Positions 10,011 to 20,519 of a stretch of DNA of 64,000 nucleotides are shown here, piece by piece. Position 1 is the stretch's first letter; each line of letters begins with the position of its first letter. Position numbers and translations under genes: made by a program. The DNA comes from Candidatus Cloacimonadales bacterium (GTDB lineage: Bacteria; Cloacimonadota; Cloacimonadia; Cloacimonadales; JAFGVF01): assembly GCA_963667035.1 (NCBI GenBank), contig OY762964.1, forward strand, positions 1,824,001 to 1,888,000, given 5' to 3'. The notes below the pieces were generated by a model. The model was not told where the DNA came from. It worked only from the letters and a program-made list of their open reading frames with translations, and ran no database searches.

Positions 10011-11086
10011 AAACTTATAGAATAATGAAACCGGCAGATGTTGAGAAGATTCATAAGAAGTATTGGAAAGATAATAGTGTTTTTCTTCACCATACCGGAG
10101 ACATGTTTGGAATAGGATGCTCAGTTGATTCTAATGATGCTATTGAAAGAATATCCAATCTAAAAATGCGTGACAATAGCAAAGGATATATTGTACTGAT
10201 TCCTCATCTTGAATGGCTTTCTGATAACGGATTTAAAGTGTATCCATCTGTAAAACGACTCCTATCACAGTATTGGCCAGGAAATCTAACCATGCTTTTT
10301 AAGAATACCCTTCCTCAACTCAACCACTTGGCTATGAACGGTAAAATAGCCTTTAGAGTTCCGGGAAATCCGGGGTTATGTGATTTTATTGATAAATTAG
10401 GATCTCCAATTGTAAGCACAAGTATTAATATTTCCGGTCTCCCCTATTTAAGCTCACTCCAAGAGATTAAACAAAAAGCTTCGGATTGGTTTGATTTTGC
10501 AATTCTGCCGGATAGAGCTACTACAAAAAGAGAAGCTCGTCCCTCAACAATTATTGAGATTGAGGACAATAATCTTAAGTGTTTACGAGAAGGTTCCATT
10601 CCTTATTACGAGATTCGTAATTCATTTGCAAAGTCATTAATTCTTTTTGTTTGTACGGGAAATGTGTGCAGAAGTCCTATTGCCGAATATCTGTTAAGAG
10701 AGAGGATTCAGAATAATAATCTACCATTCAGTGTTGCTTCGGCGGGGACATTAAAAGATTATAAAAGCGGAATATCCCTTTTCTCGGGGCAATTATTACA
10801 AGAAGCTGGGATAGATGCATCCCAACATGCCTCTCAACCTGTAACCGAGAAATTGTTATCCGAGAGTTGGCTAGTACTTACAATGGAGAAAAGGCATAAA
10901 GATGAGCTTTTAAACAGATACCCTGAGTTTGGGTTTAAAATATTTACTTTAAGTGAGTATGCAAATATGGAGGGTGATGTTGATGACCCATATGGAAAAG
11001 AACTTGAAGATTATCAGAGAGCTTATTCCGAAATATCAACAAGAATTGATGTAATTTATAATAAAATAATAGAAGAAGGTAATTGA
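10007..11086 (+). CDS. Fusion of TsaC/Sua5 (threonylcarbamoyl-AMP synthase) domain and low-molecular-weight protein phosphatase
   Basis: N-terminal [34 protein letters not shown]-terminal [14 protein letters not shown] and DVDDPYG. Confidence 0.88.
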   Translation: MKTYRIMKPADVEKIHKKYWKDNSVFLHHTGDMFGIGCSVDSNDAIERISNLKMRDNSKGYIVLIPHLEWLSDNGFKVYPSVKRLLSQYWPGNLTMLFKNTLPQLNHLAMNGKIAFRVPGNPGLCDFIDKLGSPIVSTSINISGLPYLSSLQEIKQKASDWFDFAILPDRATTKREARPSTIIEIEDNNLKCLREGSIPYYEIRNSFAKSLILFVCTGNVCRSPIAEYLLRERIQNNNLPFSVASAGTLKDYKSGISLFSGQLLQEAGIDASQHASQPVTEKLLSESWLVLTMEKRHKDELLNRYPEFGFKIFTLSEYANMEGDVDDPYGKELEDYQRAYSEISTRIDVIYNKIIEEGN

Positions 11087-11087
11087 A

Positions 11088-13295
11088 ATGATTGAACCTA
11101 TAATCACTAAAGAAATAATTGAAGAGCATGGTTTAAACGAATCTGAGTATCAACTTGTTTTGGATACTTTGAAGAGAGAACCTACATTTACTGAGCTGGG
11201 AATTATTTCCGTTATGTGGTCTGAGCATGCGTCTTATAAAAACTCTGTTAATCTTCTTAAAACACTCCCCAAAGATGGTGAGTTTATGCTAGCTAAAGCT
11301 GGTGAAGAGAATGCTGGAGTTGTTGATATAGGTGATGGACTAGCAGTATCATTTAAAATTGAAAGTCACAATCATCCATCAGCTGTTGAGCCTTATCATG
11401 GAGCAGCAACAGGTGTTGGAGGTATTTTGAGAGATATTTTTACTATGGGAGCTCGTCCTGTGGCAGCCCTTAACTCTTTACGATTTGGTAATCCCGATAA
11501 CCCTCAAGTTAAGCACTTAATGAAAGGGGTAGTTGATGGTATTGCTGATTATGGTAATTGCTTTGGTGTACCTACTGTTGGCGGCGAAATTTATTTTGAA
11601 GACAGTTATGAGGGAAATCCTCTTGTAAATGCTATGGCTGTAGGAATTCTCAAGCACGAAAACCTTGCCAAGTCATCTGCTAAGGGTGTTGGTAATCTTG
11701 TCGTTTACGTAGGAGCAAAGACAGGTAGAGACGGTATTCACGGAGCAACTTTTGCCTCAGTTGAATTAACCGATGAATCAGAATCAAAACGCACGGCTGT
11801 TCAAGTTGGTGACCCTTTCATGGAAAAACTTCTTTTAGAAGCAACTCTTGAAGTTATACAAGCAGGGCTGGTAGTCGGTATTCAAGATATGGGAGCTGCC
11901 GGTTTAACATGTTCAAGTTCGGAAATGGCCGGAAAGACAGGTGTTGGTATTGAACTTGATGTCAGGAAAGTACCTGCTCGCGAAACAGGTATGACTCCTT
12001 ATGAAATCATGCTTTCCGAGTCACAAGAGCGAATGCTTATGATTGTGGAACCAAACAATTTTGATAAGGTGCAAGCAATATTTGAAAAGTGGGATTTACA
12101 TGCTGAGATAATAGGTAAAGTTACTGATAATGGTAATCTTAGAGTATTAGACAATGGAGAACTTAAAGCCGAGTTACCTGCTAAAATGCTTGTTCTAGGT
12201 GGAGATGCTCCAAGATATAATAGAGAAACTAAAGAACCAGAATACTTAAAAGAAACAAGAAACTTCAATCCTGACAATGTAAAACAACCTGATAATTACG
12301 CTGAAGTGTTGAAGAAACTTCTTGGAACTAAGAACATAGCAAGTAAGAAAAGTGTTTACCGGCAATATGATCACATGGTTCAAATCAACACAATGGTAGA
12401 ACCAGGTTCTGATGCAGCGGTCATAAGAATTAAAGATAGTAATAAAGCAATAGCAATGGCAACTGATTGTAACGGCAGACACTGCTATCTTGACCCTTAT
12501 GAGGGAACTAAAGGTGCGGTCGCTGAATCTGCACGTAACGTTGTTTGTTCCGGAGCAAAGCCTGTAGCAATAACCAACTGTTTAAATTTCGGTAATCCTT
12601 ACAAACCTGAAGTGTATTGGACATTCTCAGAAGCAATCAGAGGAATGAAAGATGCTTGTCTTGCTTTCGGCACTCCAGTTACAGGTGGTAACGTATCATT
12701 TTATAATGAAAACCCGGAAACAGCTATTTATCCGACTCCGACAATTGGCATGTTAGGAATCGTTGCCGATAGAAGTAAAACCATAACTCAATATTTCAAA
12801 AGTATTAATGATGTAATCATTCTTTTAGGAAATGAATGTAACGAAGTAGGAGGATCTGAATATCTCAAAGACTTTCATGGCATGATTAAAGGTATGCCAC
12901 CGAAAGTTAACTTGGAATTGGAATCCAAACTATATGAGTTAGTGTTGGAATTAGCTGATGAAAAGCTTATCAAATCTGCTCACGATTGTTCTGATGGTGG
13001 ATTAGCTGTAGCCTTAGCTGAATGTTCTTTCTTAACTAATGATAAGAATCTTGGTGTAGAAGTCAATTATGATTGGAAAAATAGACCGGACTTTGCCTTG
13101 TTTGGTGAATCTCACTCAAATATAGTAATTACTTCCTCCCCGGACCAGCTGGATAGAGTAAAAACTATTATTGACAAATATAACTTTCCATATTCAATAT
13201 TGGGTAGAGTTATTGAAAATAAATTCATGATAAATAATTTGATTGATTGCAGTACTCAAGAGTTAAGACAAAAATGGGATTCTGCCTTCGATTAA
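11088..13295 (+). CDS. purL: Phosphoribosylformylglycinamidine synthase subunit PurL (small type)
   Basis: [49 protein letters not shown]. Confidence 0.97.
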   Translation: MIEPIITKEIIEEHGLNESEYQLVLDTLKREPTFTELGIISVMWSEHASYKNSVNLLKTLPKDGEFMLAKAGEENAGVVDIGDGLAVSFKIESHNHPSAVEPYHGAATGVGGILRDIFTMGARPVAALNSLRFGNPDNPQVKHLMKGVVDGIADYGNCFGVPTVGGEIYFEDSYEGNPLVNAMAVGILKHENLAKSSAKGVGNLVVYVGAKTGRDGIHGATFASVELTDESESKRTAVQVGDPFMEKLLLEATLEVIQAGLVVGIQDMGAAGLTCSSSEMAGKTGVGIELDVRKVPARETGMTPYEIMLSESQERMLMIVEPNNFDKVQAIFEKWDLHAEIIGKVTDNGNLRVLDNGELKAELPAKMLVLGGDAPRYNRETKEPEYLKETRNFNPDNVKQPDNYAEVLKKLLGTKNIASKKSVYRQYDHMVQINTMVEPGSDAAVIRIKDSNKAIAMATDCNGRHCYLDPYEGTKGAVAESARNVVCSGAKPVAITNCLNFGNPYKPEVYWTFSEAIRGMKDACLAFGTPVTGGNVSFYNENPETAIYPTPTIGMLGIVADRSKTITQYFKSINDVIILLGNECNEVGGSEYLKDFHGMIKGMPPKVNLELESKLYELVLELADEKLIKSAHDCSDGGLAVALAECSFLTNDKNLGVEVNYDWKNRPDFALFGESHSNIVITSSPDQLDRVKTIIDKYNFPYSILGRVIENKFMINNLIDCSTQELRQKWDSAFD

Positions 13296-13305
13296 AGGAG
13301 GGAAC

Positions 13306-13476
13306 ATGAGTAATAAGAAATTCAGTTGGTTTAACCTGATAATAGGTTTAGGTTTTATCCTCTGGGGTGCCTCGGTTATTGTTAAAACGGTTTGGGGTAT
13401 AGATATACCTGTTTTCAAACCTCTACTTGGAATTGTCATTATTGCTTTTGGAGCAAGAATGATTTTTGATAAATAA
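13306..13476 (+). CDS. Small two-helix membrane protein, 56 aa (absent from the ORF track)
   Basis: AAGGAGG RBS; MSNKKFSWFNLIIGLGFILWGASVIVKTVWGIDIPVFKPLLGIVIIAFGARMIFDK; fills the gap between purL and the next gene. Confidence 0.8.
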   Translation: MSNKKFSWFNLIIGLGFILWGASVIVKTVWGIDIPVFKPLLGIVIIAFGARMIFDK

Positions 13477-13484
13477 AGGAGTAA

Positions 13485-14066
13485 ATGATGAGAAACTTTA
13501 TTTTTTCAGGAGCATACTGGGGCATAATACTGGTATTAATTGGACTCGGATACGTCTTTAATTCGGTTGCCGATAAGCACCTACCTATCTTTAGAATGGC
13601 TGTTGGTGTTGTGATACTCTCGATTGGTATTCAGATAGTCTATTCTGCATTATCACCAAAGAAATCAAGCTACACTGTTTTCAGAGAAACAACAGTTAAC
13701 CATGACACATCCGGTTCATATTCAGTAGTTTTCGGAGCGACTACAATTGACCTTTCAAATGTGGACTTATCGCAAGGAGATGTAAAGAAAAGAATAGAGT
13801 GCGTATTCGGTTCTGCAGAGATATACATTCCTCGTGATGTCGACGTAGAAATTAAAGCGGAAACCGTGTTCGGTAACACTGAATCTCCATTTGGTGATTC
13901 TTCAGGTTTTGGAGATAGAAAGTTTGTTCAGAAAGGAACAGAAGAAAAGACTCATCGTCTCATCATTAAATCCGAATGTGTTTTTGGTAATGTAGAATTC
14001 CTTTATAAAAAGGCTAAAAAGAAAGAAGTAGTGCAAGAGGTAAAAGAGGATACTACCTCTTACTAG
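13485..14066 (+). CDS. LiaF-like membrane protein (DUF2154-type C-terminal domain)
   Basis: Two N-terminal TM helices, then repeated VFG turns (VVFGATTIDLS, CVFGSAEIYIP, TVFGN, CVFGNV). Confidence 0.75.
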   Translation: MMRNFIFSGAYWGIILVLIGLGYVFNSVADKHLPIFRMAVGVVILSIGIQIVYSALSPKKSSYTVFRETTVNHDTSGSYSVVFGATTIDLSNVDLSQGDVKKRIECVFGSAEIYIPRDVDVEIKAETVFGNTESPFGDSSGFGDRKFVQKGTEEKTHRLIIKSECVFGNVEFLYKKAKKKEVVQEVKEDTTSY

Positions 14067-14072
14067 ATCATT

Positions 14073-16241
14073 ATGAGGGTGAAGACAAAAACTTCACCCC
14101 TCTTTTTTCTTTTCCTTATGCTAATCACTCCCCTGTGGAGTGAGCAGCGTATAGGGTTAGCATTAAGTGGTGGTGGAGCTAGAGGATATGCACATATAGG
14201 AGTGCTGAAAGTATTGGATGAAGAAGGGATAAAACCGGACTACATTGCAGGTACGTCTATAGGGTCACTAATCGGAGCTTTATATTCAAAAGGATATTCA
14301 GCTCTTGAAATAGAGAAAATGGCTTTGGACGGTAGACTCAATCTTTTAGCTGAAAGCACAAACAACCGTAGCGAAATACATATCATGCAAAAGCATTGGC
14401 AACCATACGGTAACTTCAAAGTACCTCTTTCCAAGTATTTTGTACCTATTATTCCATCCGGACTTGAGTATGGTCAACAATTGCAACTGCATCTATTTGA
14501 GCTCTTCTTTCCCGATTACTATCTTGATTCGTTTGATTCACTCCAAACTCCTTTTAGAGCTGTATCGACTAACTTTAAATCAGGAGAATTAGAGGCATTT
14601 AATTCAGGAACACTCAATGAAGTATGTCGGGCCTCAATGAACACACCAAGTTTACTTGAACCTTTTAGTTATAAGAATAATCTATATGTAGACGGTGGAT
14701 TAGTGCAAAATCTTCCTTGTGAAACTGTTGTTAAAATAGGGTCTGATTATGTTATCGCTTCAAAAGTTAACAGTAAACTAAGGGAAAATCCTGAATTTAA
14801 CAATTTTGTACAGAATTTCGATCAAGCAATGAATATCGCTATCACCGAAAACGTTAAGAAATCCATTCGATGCTGTAGTTTATTAATAGAACCGGATCTA
14901 TCCGGAATAACCAATTATCAATTCAACCTGATTAAAGAGATAATAGACTTAGGCGAAACCGAAGCGAGAAAGCACATTGAAGATCTGAGGAATCTAAAAC
15001 ATTCGGATAATTCGAAGTATCACACTCTCTCATTATCTAGTATTGATGATAGAAGTAAGATATCATTTACAAAGCTAATGGTTGAAGGGAATAAAGGTTT
15101 TTCTTCCCTCCAGATTAAAGAATTCTTACAACTTGAGAAGAATGTGAAATATACTGCTCAAGAAATTACTTCTGCTTTTGATAAAGCTTATAGCACCGGA
15201 TTATTCGAATTCATATATCCGCGACTTGTTAAGAAAAATAATAAAGTATACTTATATGCTATTCTTAAAGAAAAACCCCAGAAGCATCTATCTTTAAACC
15301 TATCCTACAACAATTATGAAGACTTATGTGCCGGAGTAGTCTTTGAGTTCACTAACTATCTAGTAAGAAACTCTCAATTGTTAATGGAGATAGAGATGGG
15401 TGGAAGAAATGAGGTTCAAATGGACTTTGTAAAGAACTATGGTAGATACAGCGGAATGTACTTTAGACTTTTCCCCTATTATAAAGAATCTAAACTATAT
15501 ACTTACGATCAAAAATTCTGGCGAACAGGTAGCTTCTTAGCACAAGAGTATGGAGCTACAGCAGGGTTAGGCTTTTACTTCGGTCAACTCTTCAACATTG
15601 AATTATTCTCATATGAGTATAACTTCGATATAGTACGTGGTGTTGATGATGCTTCCATTGATGAAAAGACCTCATCTTTCGGTGTTGGATTTAAGATAAA
15701 CCAAGATTCAATAGACAATGTTAGCTTCCCTATGTCAGGTTCAAGATTCATGTTTAAGCTCAATCTTGCTCATCCTGATTATCTTAGTGATGTTAAGACT
15801 CAAAAGATACACGGCAAAGTATTGTTTTGTGATCATTTACTAGACAATCTATCCCTAAGTTTAAGTAGTGAATACGGTTCCTATTTGAAATATTCGGATG
15901 TATCCCAATACCAGGATTTTTTTATAGGAGGAGTGGATAGTTTCCCTGGATATAGGGCAAAGCAGATATCAGCACCTTCATTTAAAACTTTTAGTTTCGG
16001 TTTAAACTGGAAAATATACAACAACTTATTCCTTCAAGGATATGCAGGAGTTATCAATTATTCCGATAGTGACGATTGGGATCCTTGGAGTAATTTTGTT
16101 AACGGTGGCTCTATCTCTCTAGGTTATAACACAATAGCAGGTCCAATAAAACTAGGTGTAGGCACTAATGAAGAAACAGAACCCGATTTCTTCATTAGTT
16201 TCGGATTTAGTCACGATATCTTTGAATTCTCTCATAGATAA
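14073..16241 (+). CDS. Patatin-like phospholipase with POTRA and beta-barrel (PlpD-like)
   Basis: Signal peptide, LSGGGARG, GTSIG, VDGG, POTRA-like segment (VEGNK..AYSTGLFE), aromatic-rich C-terminal barrel. Confidence 0.88.
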   Translation: MRVKTKTSPLFFLFLMLITPLWSEQRIGLALSGGGARGYAHIGVLKVLDEEGIKPDYIAGTSIGSLIGALYSKGYSALEIEKMALDGRLNLLAESTNNRSEIHIMQKHWQPYGNFKVPLSKYFVPIIPSGLEYGQQLQLHLFELFFPDYYLDSFDSLQTPFRAVSTNFKSGELEAFNSGTLNEVCRASMNTPSLLEPFSYKNNLYVDGGLVQNLPCETVVKIGSDYVIASKVNSKLRENPEFNNFVQNFDQAMNIAITENVKKSIRCCSLLIEPDLSGITNYQFNLIKEIIDLGETEARKHIEDLRNLKHSDNSKYHTLSLSSIDDRSKISFTKLMVEGNKGFSSLQIKEFLQLEKNVKYTAQEITSAFDKAYSTGLFEFIYPRLVKKNNKVYLYAILKEKPQKHLSLNLSYNNYEDLCAGVVFEFTNYLVRNSQLLMEIEMGGRNEVQMDFVKNYGRYSGMYFRLFPYYKESKLYTYDQKFWRTGSFLAQEYGATAGLGFYFGQLFNIELFSYEYNFDIVRGVDDASIDEKTSSFGVGFKINQDSIDNVSFPMSGSRFMFKLNLAHPDYLSDVKTQKIHGKVLFCDHLLDNLSLSLSSEYGSYLKYSDVSQYQDFFIGGVDSFPGYRAKQISAPSFKTFSFGLNWKIYNNLFLQGYAGVINYSDSDDWDPWSNFVNGGSISLGYNTIAGPIKLGVGTNEETEPDFFISFGFSHDIFEFSHR

Positions 16242-16360
16242 TCAGCAATTTTATTTACTGAAATATTCAGTATACCTCCCGGCTTTAAAAAACATTCAAT
16301 CTTGTTATGGATAGAATTCTATTGTAATGAAGTTGTATCATATCTGCCGACTTCGTCGTC

Positions 16361-16420
16361 ACTGCAACTCAGGGGAGTTGCAGTACAATCGTAGTGCAAG
16401 TGCTCTCTCTTGCACATAAC
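16361..16420. repeat. Back-to-back pair of REP-like hairpins
   Basis: Minus strand GTAC-TGCAACTC-CCCT-GAGTTGCA and plus strand GTAG-TGCAAG-TGCTCTCT-CTTGCA, 4 nt apart; the second recurs at 38600-38629. Confidence 0.6.
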
Positions 16421-16445
16421 AAAAGGGCTGATTTCTCAGCCCTTT
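16421..16445 (-). terminator. Intrinsic terminator of hutU
   Basis: AAAAGGGCTGA-TTTC-TCAGCCCTTT hairpin just past the hutU stop. Confidence 0.75.
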
Positions 16446-16467
16446 AACGTACTTTATATTCTCTATC

Positions 16468-18489
16468 TTATCTTAATTTATCATCAATGAGTTTATTAAT
16501 CAACTCGTCATCAGAGCGATAGGGAATAGTAATCTGTCCTTCAGAATCGTGCTTATCATTCCATTTAGCGGATGTTTCGATAGCATTAACATTTCCTGCC
16601 CAATTACGGCGTCCAACACCACCCATGACATCCCAAGACAAGCCAGAACGAATTACATCATCCATACGTTTGCTTCCATCCAAGAGGATACCGTTACCAC
16701 CGTTTGATGAACGACCAATACCGACTCCACCACCGTTTGAAAGCACAACAAGAGTCATTCCTCTGGCAACATTACCGGCAAAGCATTGTACCGACATATC
16801 AGCCATAACGTTACTTCCGTCATAGATGTTTGCTGTCTCTCTGAATGGGGAATCAGTACCTGAAACATCATGATGATCTCTTCCAAGCATAACAGGTCCT
16901 ATTACACCCTTACGAATCATTTCATTAAAGTTAAGGGCTATACGGACACGTCCCTCTTCATCTGAATAAAGGATACGAGCTTTTGTACCTACCACCAACT
17001 TATTTTCTTCGGCAGTAGCAATCCAATGATGATTATCTCTATCCAAAGAACTGTTATCAGGATCTATGCAACTCATAGCTAGCTCATCTGTTATTCTTAA
17101 ATCCGAATCTTTACCTGACAAGCAAACCCATCTGAAAGGACCGTAACCACGGTCAAAGCAAACGGGACCCATTATATCTTCAACATAAGAAGGCCAGATA
17201 AAACCATCGAATGTATCGATTCCATTCTTTGATATTGCCTTTTCTCCTGCATTGAAGACAGAAGCCATAAAGCTGTTACCGTAATCCCAGAAATAAGAAC
17301 CTTTTCCTGTTAGCTTCTTAATCACTCTGAAATGTCTTCTTAATGATTCATCAACCAACTCTCTGAATTTAGCGGGATTCTCTTTATTAATCTTACGTCC
17401 CTCTTCATAAGTAACACCTGCAGGTGTGTATCCGCCTTCATAAACAGCGTGACAAGAGGTTTGGTCAGAGATAAGCTCAACCTTCACATCATTAGCATCA
17501 ATGTATTCGAGTAAATCAACTATATTACCATGATAAGCAATGGAGATAGGCTGTTTCTTTTCTCTGTATTCTTTCATCCAAGCGACAATCTGTGCTAAAT
17601 CATCTGATATAAGTGAAACCCAACCTTGCTCATGTCTGGTTTTGATTCTGCTATATTCAACTTCAGCAATAACACCTATACCACCGGCAATCTCAACAGC
17701 TTTAGGTTGTGCCCCCGACATTCCGCCAAGACCTGACGATATGAAGAAGTTACATTGCATATCCTGATCTTCCGGTACTCCGAGATATTTACGACAAGCA
17801 TTAAGAACCGTTATATATGTACCATGTACAATTCCCTGTGGTCCGATATACATCCAACCACCCGCAGTCATCTGTCCGTAATTAGCTACACCAAGTGCAG
17901 TTAGACGCTTAAAGTTCTCGGGATCATCCCAATTACCAACCACAAGACCGTTAGTAGAAATTACTCTTGGTGCTTCGGGACGAGAAGGGAACAATCCAAC
18001 CGGATGACCCGATTCTACAACGAGTGTCTGGTCATCTGTTATCTCTTCTAAATAACGCATAATCAGACGATACTGCATCCAATTCTGCATTACCTGACCT
18101 GTTTCTCCGTAAGTGACTAATTCATAAGGATACAGGGCTATATCGAAATCCAAGTTGTTATCAATCATTACTTGTAGTGCTTTACCAGCCTGACATTTAC
18201 CTTTATACTCTTCAATCGGTTTTCCGTAGAGTTTACCGACCGGACGATAGCGATACCCGTATATTCTTCCCATCGTCACAAGCTCTTCAAGAAACTCGGG
18301 AGCCATGATTTCATGGTACTCTTGTGGTACATAACGTAACGCATTCTTTACTGCCAAAGCAATCTCTTTTCTGTTCAAATCGAGTCCTCTGTTCGGAGCT
18401 CTTCGATATCGCTTATCAAACTCCTTAACTTCCGGAAGCTCATCCGGAATTCTAATCTTCATCACCTTTTGAGGGTTGAAATCGATCAT
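16468..18489 (-). CDS. hutU: Urocanate hydratase (long type)
   Basis: YPYELVTYG, YGQMTAGGWMYIGPQGIVHGT, GLGGMSGAQ, SDQTSCH, GRDHHDVSGTDSPFRET. Confidence 0.96.
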   Translation of the reverse strand: MIDFNPQKVMKIRIPDELPEVKEFDKRYRRAPNRGLDLNRKEIALAVKNALRYVPQEYHEIMAPEFLEELVTMGRIYGYRYRPVGKLYGKPIEEYKGKCQAGKALQVMIDNNLDFDIALYPYELVTYGETGQVMQNWMQYRLIMRYLEEITDDQTLVVESGHPVGLFPSRPEAPRVISTNGLVVGNWDDPENFKRLTALGVANYGQMTAGGWMYIGPQGIVHGTYITVLNACRKYLGVPEDQDMQCNFFISSGLGGMSGAQPKAVEIAGGIGVIAEVEYSRIKTRHEQGWVSLISDDLAQIVAWMKEYREKKQPISIAYHGNIVDLLEYIDANDVKVELISDQTSCHAVYEGGYTPAGVTYEEGRKINKENPAKFRELVDESLRRHFRVIKKLTGKGSYFWDYGNSFMASVFNAGEKAISKNGIDTFDGFIWPSYVEDIMGPVCFDRGYGPFRWVCLSGKDSDLRITDELAMSCIDPDNSSLDRDNHHWIATAEENKLVVGTKARILYSDEEGRVRIALNFNEMIRKGVIGPVMLGRDHHDVSGTDSPFRETANIYDGSNVMADMSVQCFAGNVARGMTLVVLSNGGGVGIGRSSNGGNGILLDGSKRMDDVIRSGLSWDVMGGVGRRNWAGNVNAIETSAKWNDKHDSEGQITIPYRSDDELINKLIDDKLR

Positions 18490-19775
18490 TATTCCTCCAA
18501 TTTATTCTTTTTATTTACCATTACATTTAAAATCACATCGTCGCATTGTGGCATTCCGTTATTAATAACGATACCCATGTTATCAATAGTTTTCTCAATA
18601 TCATCTTCAATGATGCCGTCATCACCACCAATAAACTTACCATTTCTTGCCATTAACACGGAATAAAGAGCCGTGCTTATTGTTGAGGCAATTTTAAGTC
18701 CGCAACTTGTCTTGGCACCATCACAAATCATGCCTGTTAAGTTTGCAAGCATATTCTTGATAACATATTCAAGTTCTTTCTCTCCTCCGTCAAGCAGTAT
18801 GCTCATACCGCATCCTGCTCCTGTGGCAGCATTGATAGCTCCACACATACACGAAAGTATTCCAAGATGGTTCTTCAAATGAATTGAAACCATGTGTCCG
18901 ACAAACAAAGCTCTTATAAAATCAGCTTCAGATTTCTTAAAGTGAAGATAAGTCTCATAAATCGGGATTGTTATTGTTATGCCTTGATTTCCACTTCCTG
19001 AATTTGTTAGAACCGGTAAAGCACTACCACACATTCTGGCTTCTGAAGCTGCACAAGTTAAGGCTACTACCTTATGGAAGAAATCGTTTTCCAGAATACC
19101 GTTTTCTACTTCATTCATAATGATTCCACCTAAAGTGTAGTTACAGTTCAATCCTGCTTTTGCTATCACTTTATTCATCTTAGCTCCTTCGATTAAGAAA
19201 GAGAACTCATCAGGATTCATGACTTGTGAGAATCTGAATATCTCATGGATACTCAGTTCTTCTTTCAGACAGCACTTTTCTTTCGCCTCGGCTTCAACAT
19301 TATGCTCTTCAATATATTTCTCATCCACCTTGACGTATTTAACTCCTGTGTGGTGCTCAATTACTTTACATTCGGAAACATGATTATCAGTAATAAGTCT
19401 AGCGACTATAAACAGTTTTTCATCGGATTCATGTAGGATAAGTTTTACCTTTTTTGCTTTAACGAATTCTTGAGCTTTTTCGACTGTAGTTTCAGGGATT
19501 CCGGTCAAAACTTCCAGAGCGTTATCGGCATCTCCACCAAATGCTCCCAGAGCTGCAGCAATCTCAAGTCCTTTCATCTCGGTACCGGGAATTCCTACTC
19601 CCAGACCATTCTTAAAAACGTTTCGACATAAAAGTAATTCGATTGCCTTCACTTCTTCATCAAGTGCTGTTGCAGCTTTGGCAGAAGCAAGAGCCACCGC
19701 TATTGGCTCGGTACAACCTAAGGCAGTTGATAATTCACTGCCAAGTATCTTTAAATAATCCTCTTTTGTTAACAT
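18489..19775 (-). CDS. L-cysteine desulfidase-like protein (UPF0597/YhaM/CyuA, serine dehydratase alpha family)
   Basis: ALGCTEPIAVA, KNGLGVGIPGT, NSGSGNQG, GMICDGAKTSCGLK. Confidence 0.88.
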   Translation of the reverse strand: MLTKEDYLKILGSELSTALGCTEPIAVALASAKAATALDEEVKAIELLLCRNVFKNGLGVGIPGTEMKGLEIAAALGAFGGDADNALEVLTGIPETTVEKAQEFVKAKKVKLILHESDEKLFIVARLITDNHVSECKVIEHHTGVKYVKVDEKYIEEHNVEAEAKEKCCLKEELSIHEIFRFSQVMNPDEFSFLIEGAKMNKVIAKAGLNCNYTLGGIIMNEVENGILENDFFHKVVALTCAASEARMCGSALPVLTNSGSGNQGITITIPIYETYLHFKKSEADFIRALFVGHMVSIHLKNHLGILSCMCGAINAATGAGCGMSILLDGGEKELEYVIKNMLANLTGMICDGAKTSCGLKIASTISTALYSVLMARNGKFIGGDDGIIEDDIEKTIDNMGIVINNGMPQCDDVILNVMVNKKNKLEE

Positions 19776-19995
19776 ACTAGCCTATCCTCACTGAACCGAT
19801 ATATTTTAGTCCCAAATTATTAACAATCCCTACTATTGCAATGTTTTTTCTAAAGTTGTTCACCTGAAAACTATAAACCCTCTTATTAAGGTGTATTAAC
19901 AACATTTCAGAGGAAATATCTATGAATAACTAATCATTATTATTCACCTTTCAATCAAGCAGTTTGTTTAGTATTCGTTAATTGCTCCGATTCAA

Positions 19996-20050
19996 CTCTC
20001 GGGATTCACACGGGAATCTCACGGGACTCTCTCGGGAATCACTCGGGACT
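19996..20050. repeat. Five tandem degenerate 11-bp repeats, consensus CWCWCGGGAHT
   Basis: ctctcgggatt, cacacgggaat, ctcacgggact, ctctcgggaat, cactcgggact. Confidence 0.85.
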
Positions 20051-20219
20051 TCACCCGAGAAATTCCCGCTAAATCCACAAACAAATCACGAACTATTCCC
20101 GTGGGTTGATTGAGTTCACTATGACGCTACAATTGATTTGTATTATTTTCATGATATTGTTTATCAAGTGTTTAGGTTTTTCATATGATGGCATCAATAA
20201 CGTTATTTAAAATAATCAA

Positions 20220-20248
20220 TTGACAAAGTTAGGCATAGCTAACACATT
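20220..20248 (+). promoter_or_regulatory. feo promoter with overlapping DtxR-family-like operator
   Basis: TTGACA at 20220-20225 followed by the imperfect palindrome GTTAGGCATAGCTAAC at 20228-20243. Confidence 0.65.
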
Positions 20249-20277
20249 GTTCCCAGTTCATTACTAGGAGATTGAAA

Positions 20278-20502
20278 ATGGAAAAGAAATTAGGAAATTT
20301 AAGCATTGGTGAAAGAGGTAGAATTACTCATCTTTCAGATAACATTCACCTGAAGAAAAAACTCTCGGAGATGGGATTAACAGGTGGTACAGAGATTACA
20401 AAAGTTAGCGTTGCTCCTTTAGGAGATCCGATTCAGTATTCTGTAAGAGGCTATAGAATAGCATTACGTAAATCAGAAGCAGATCAGATAACAGTTAAGT
20501 AA
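20278..20502 (+). CDS. feoA: Ferrous iron transport protein A
   Basis: LSEMGLTGGT, APLGDPI, IALRKSEA; AGGAG RBS 7 nt before the ATG. Confidence 0.93.
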   Translation: MEKKLGNLSIGERGRITHLSDNIHLKKKLSEMGLTGGTEITKVSVAPLGDPIQYSVRGYRIALRKSEADQITVK

Positions 20503-20519
20503 TATTTTTTTAAAGAAGA

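Noticed and set aside
19996..20050. CRISPR interpretation of the 11-bp repeats
   Set aside because: Units are contiguous, too short and have no spacers.
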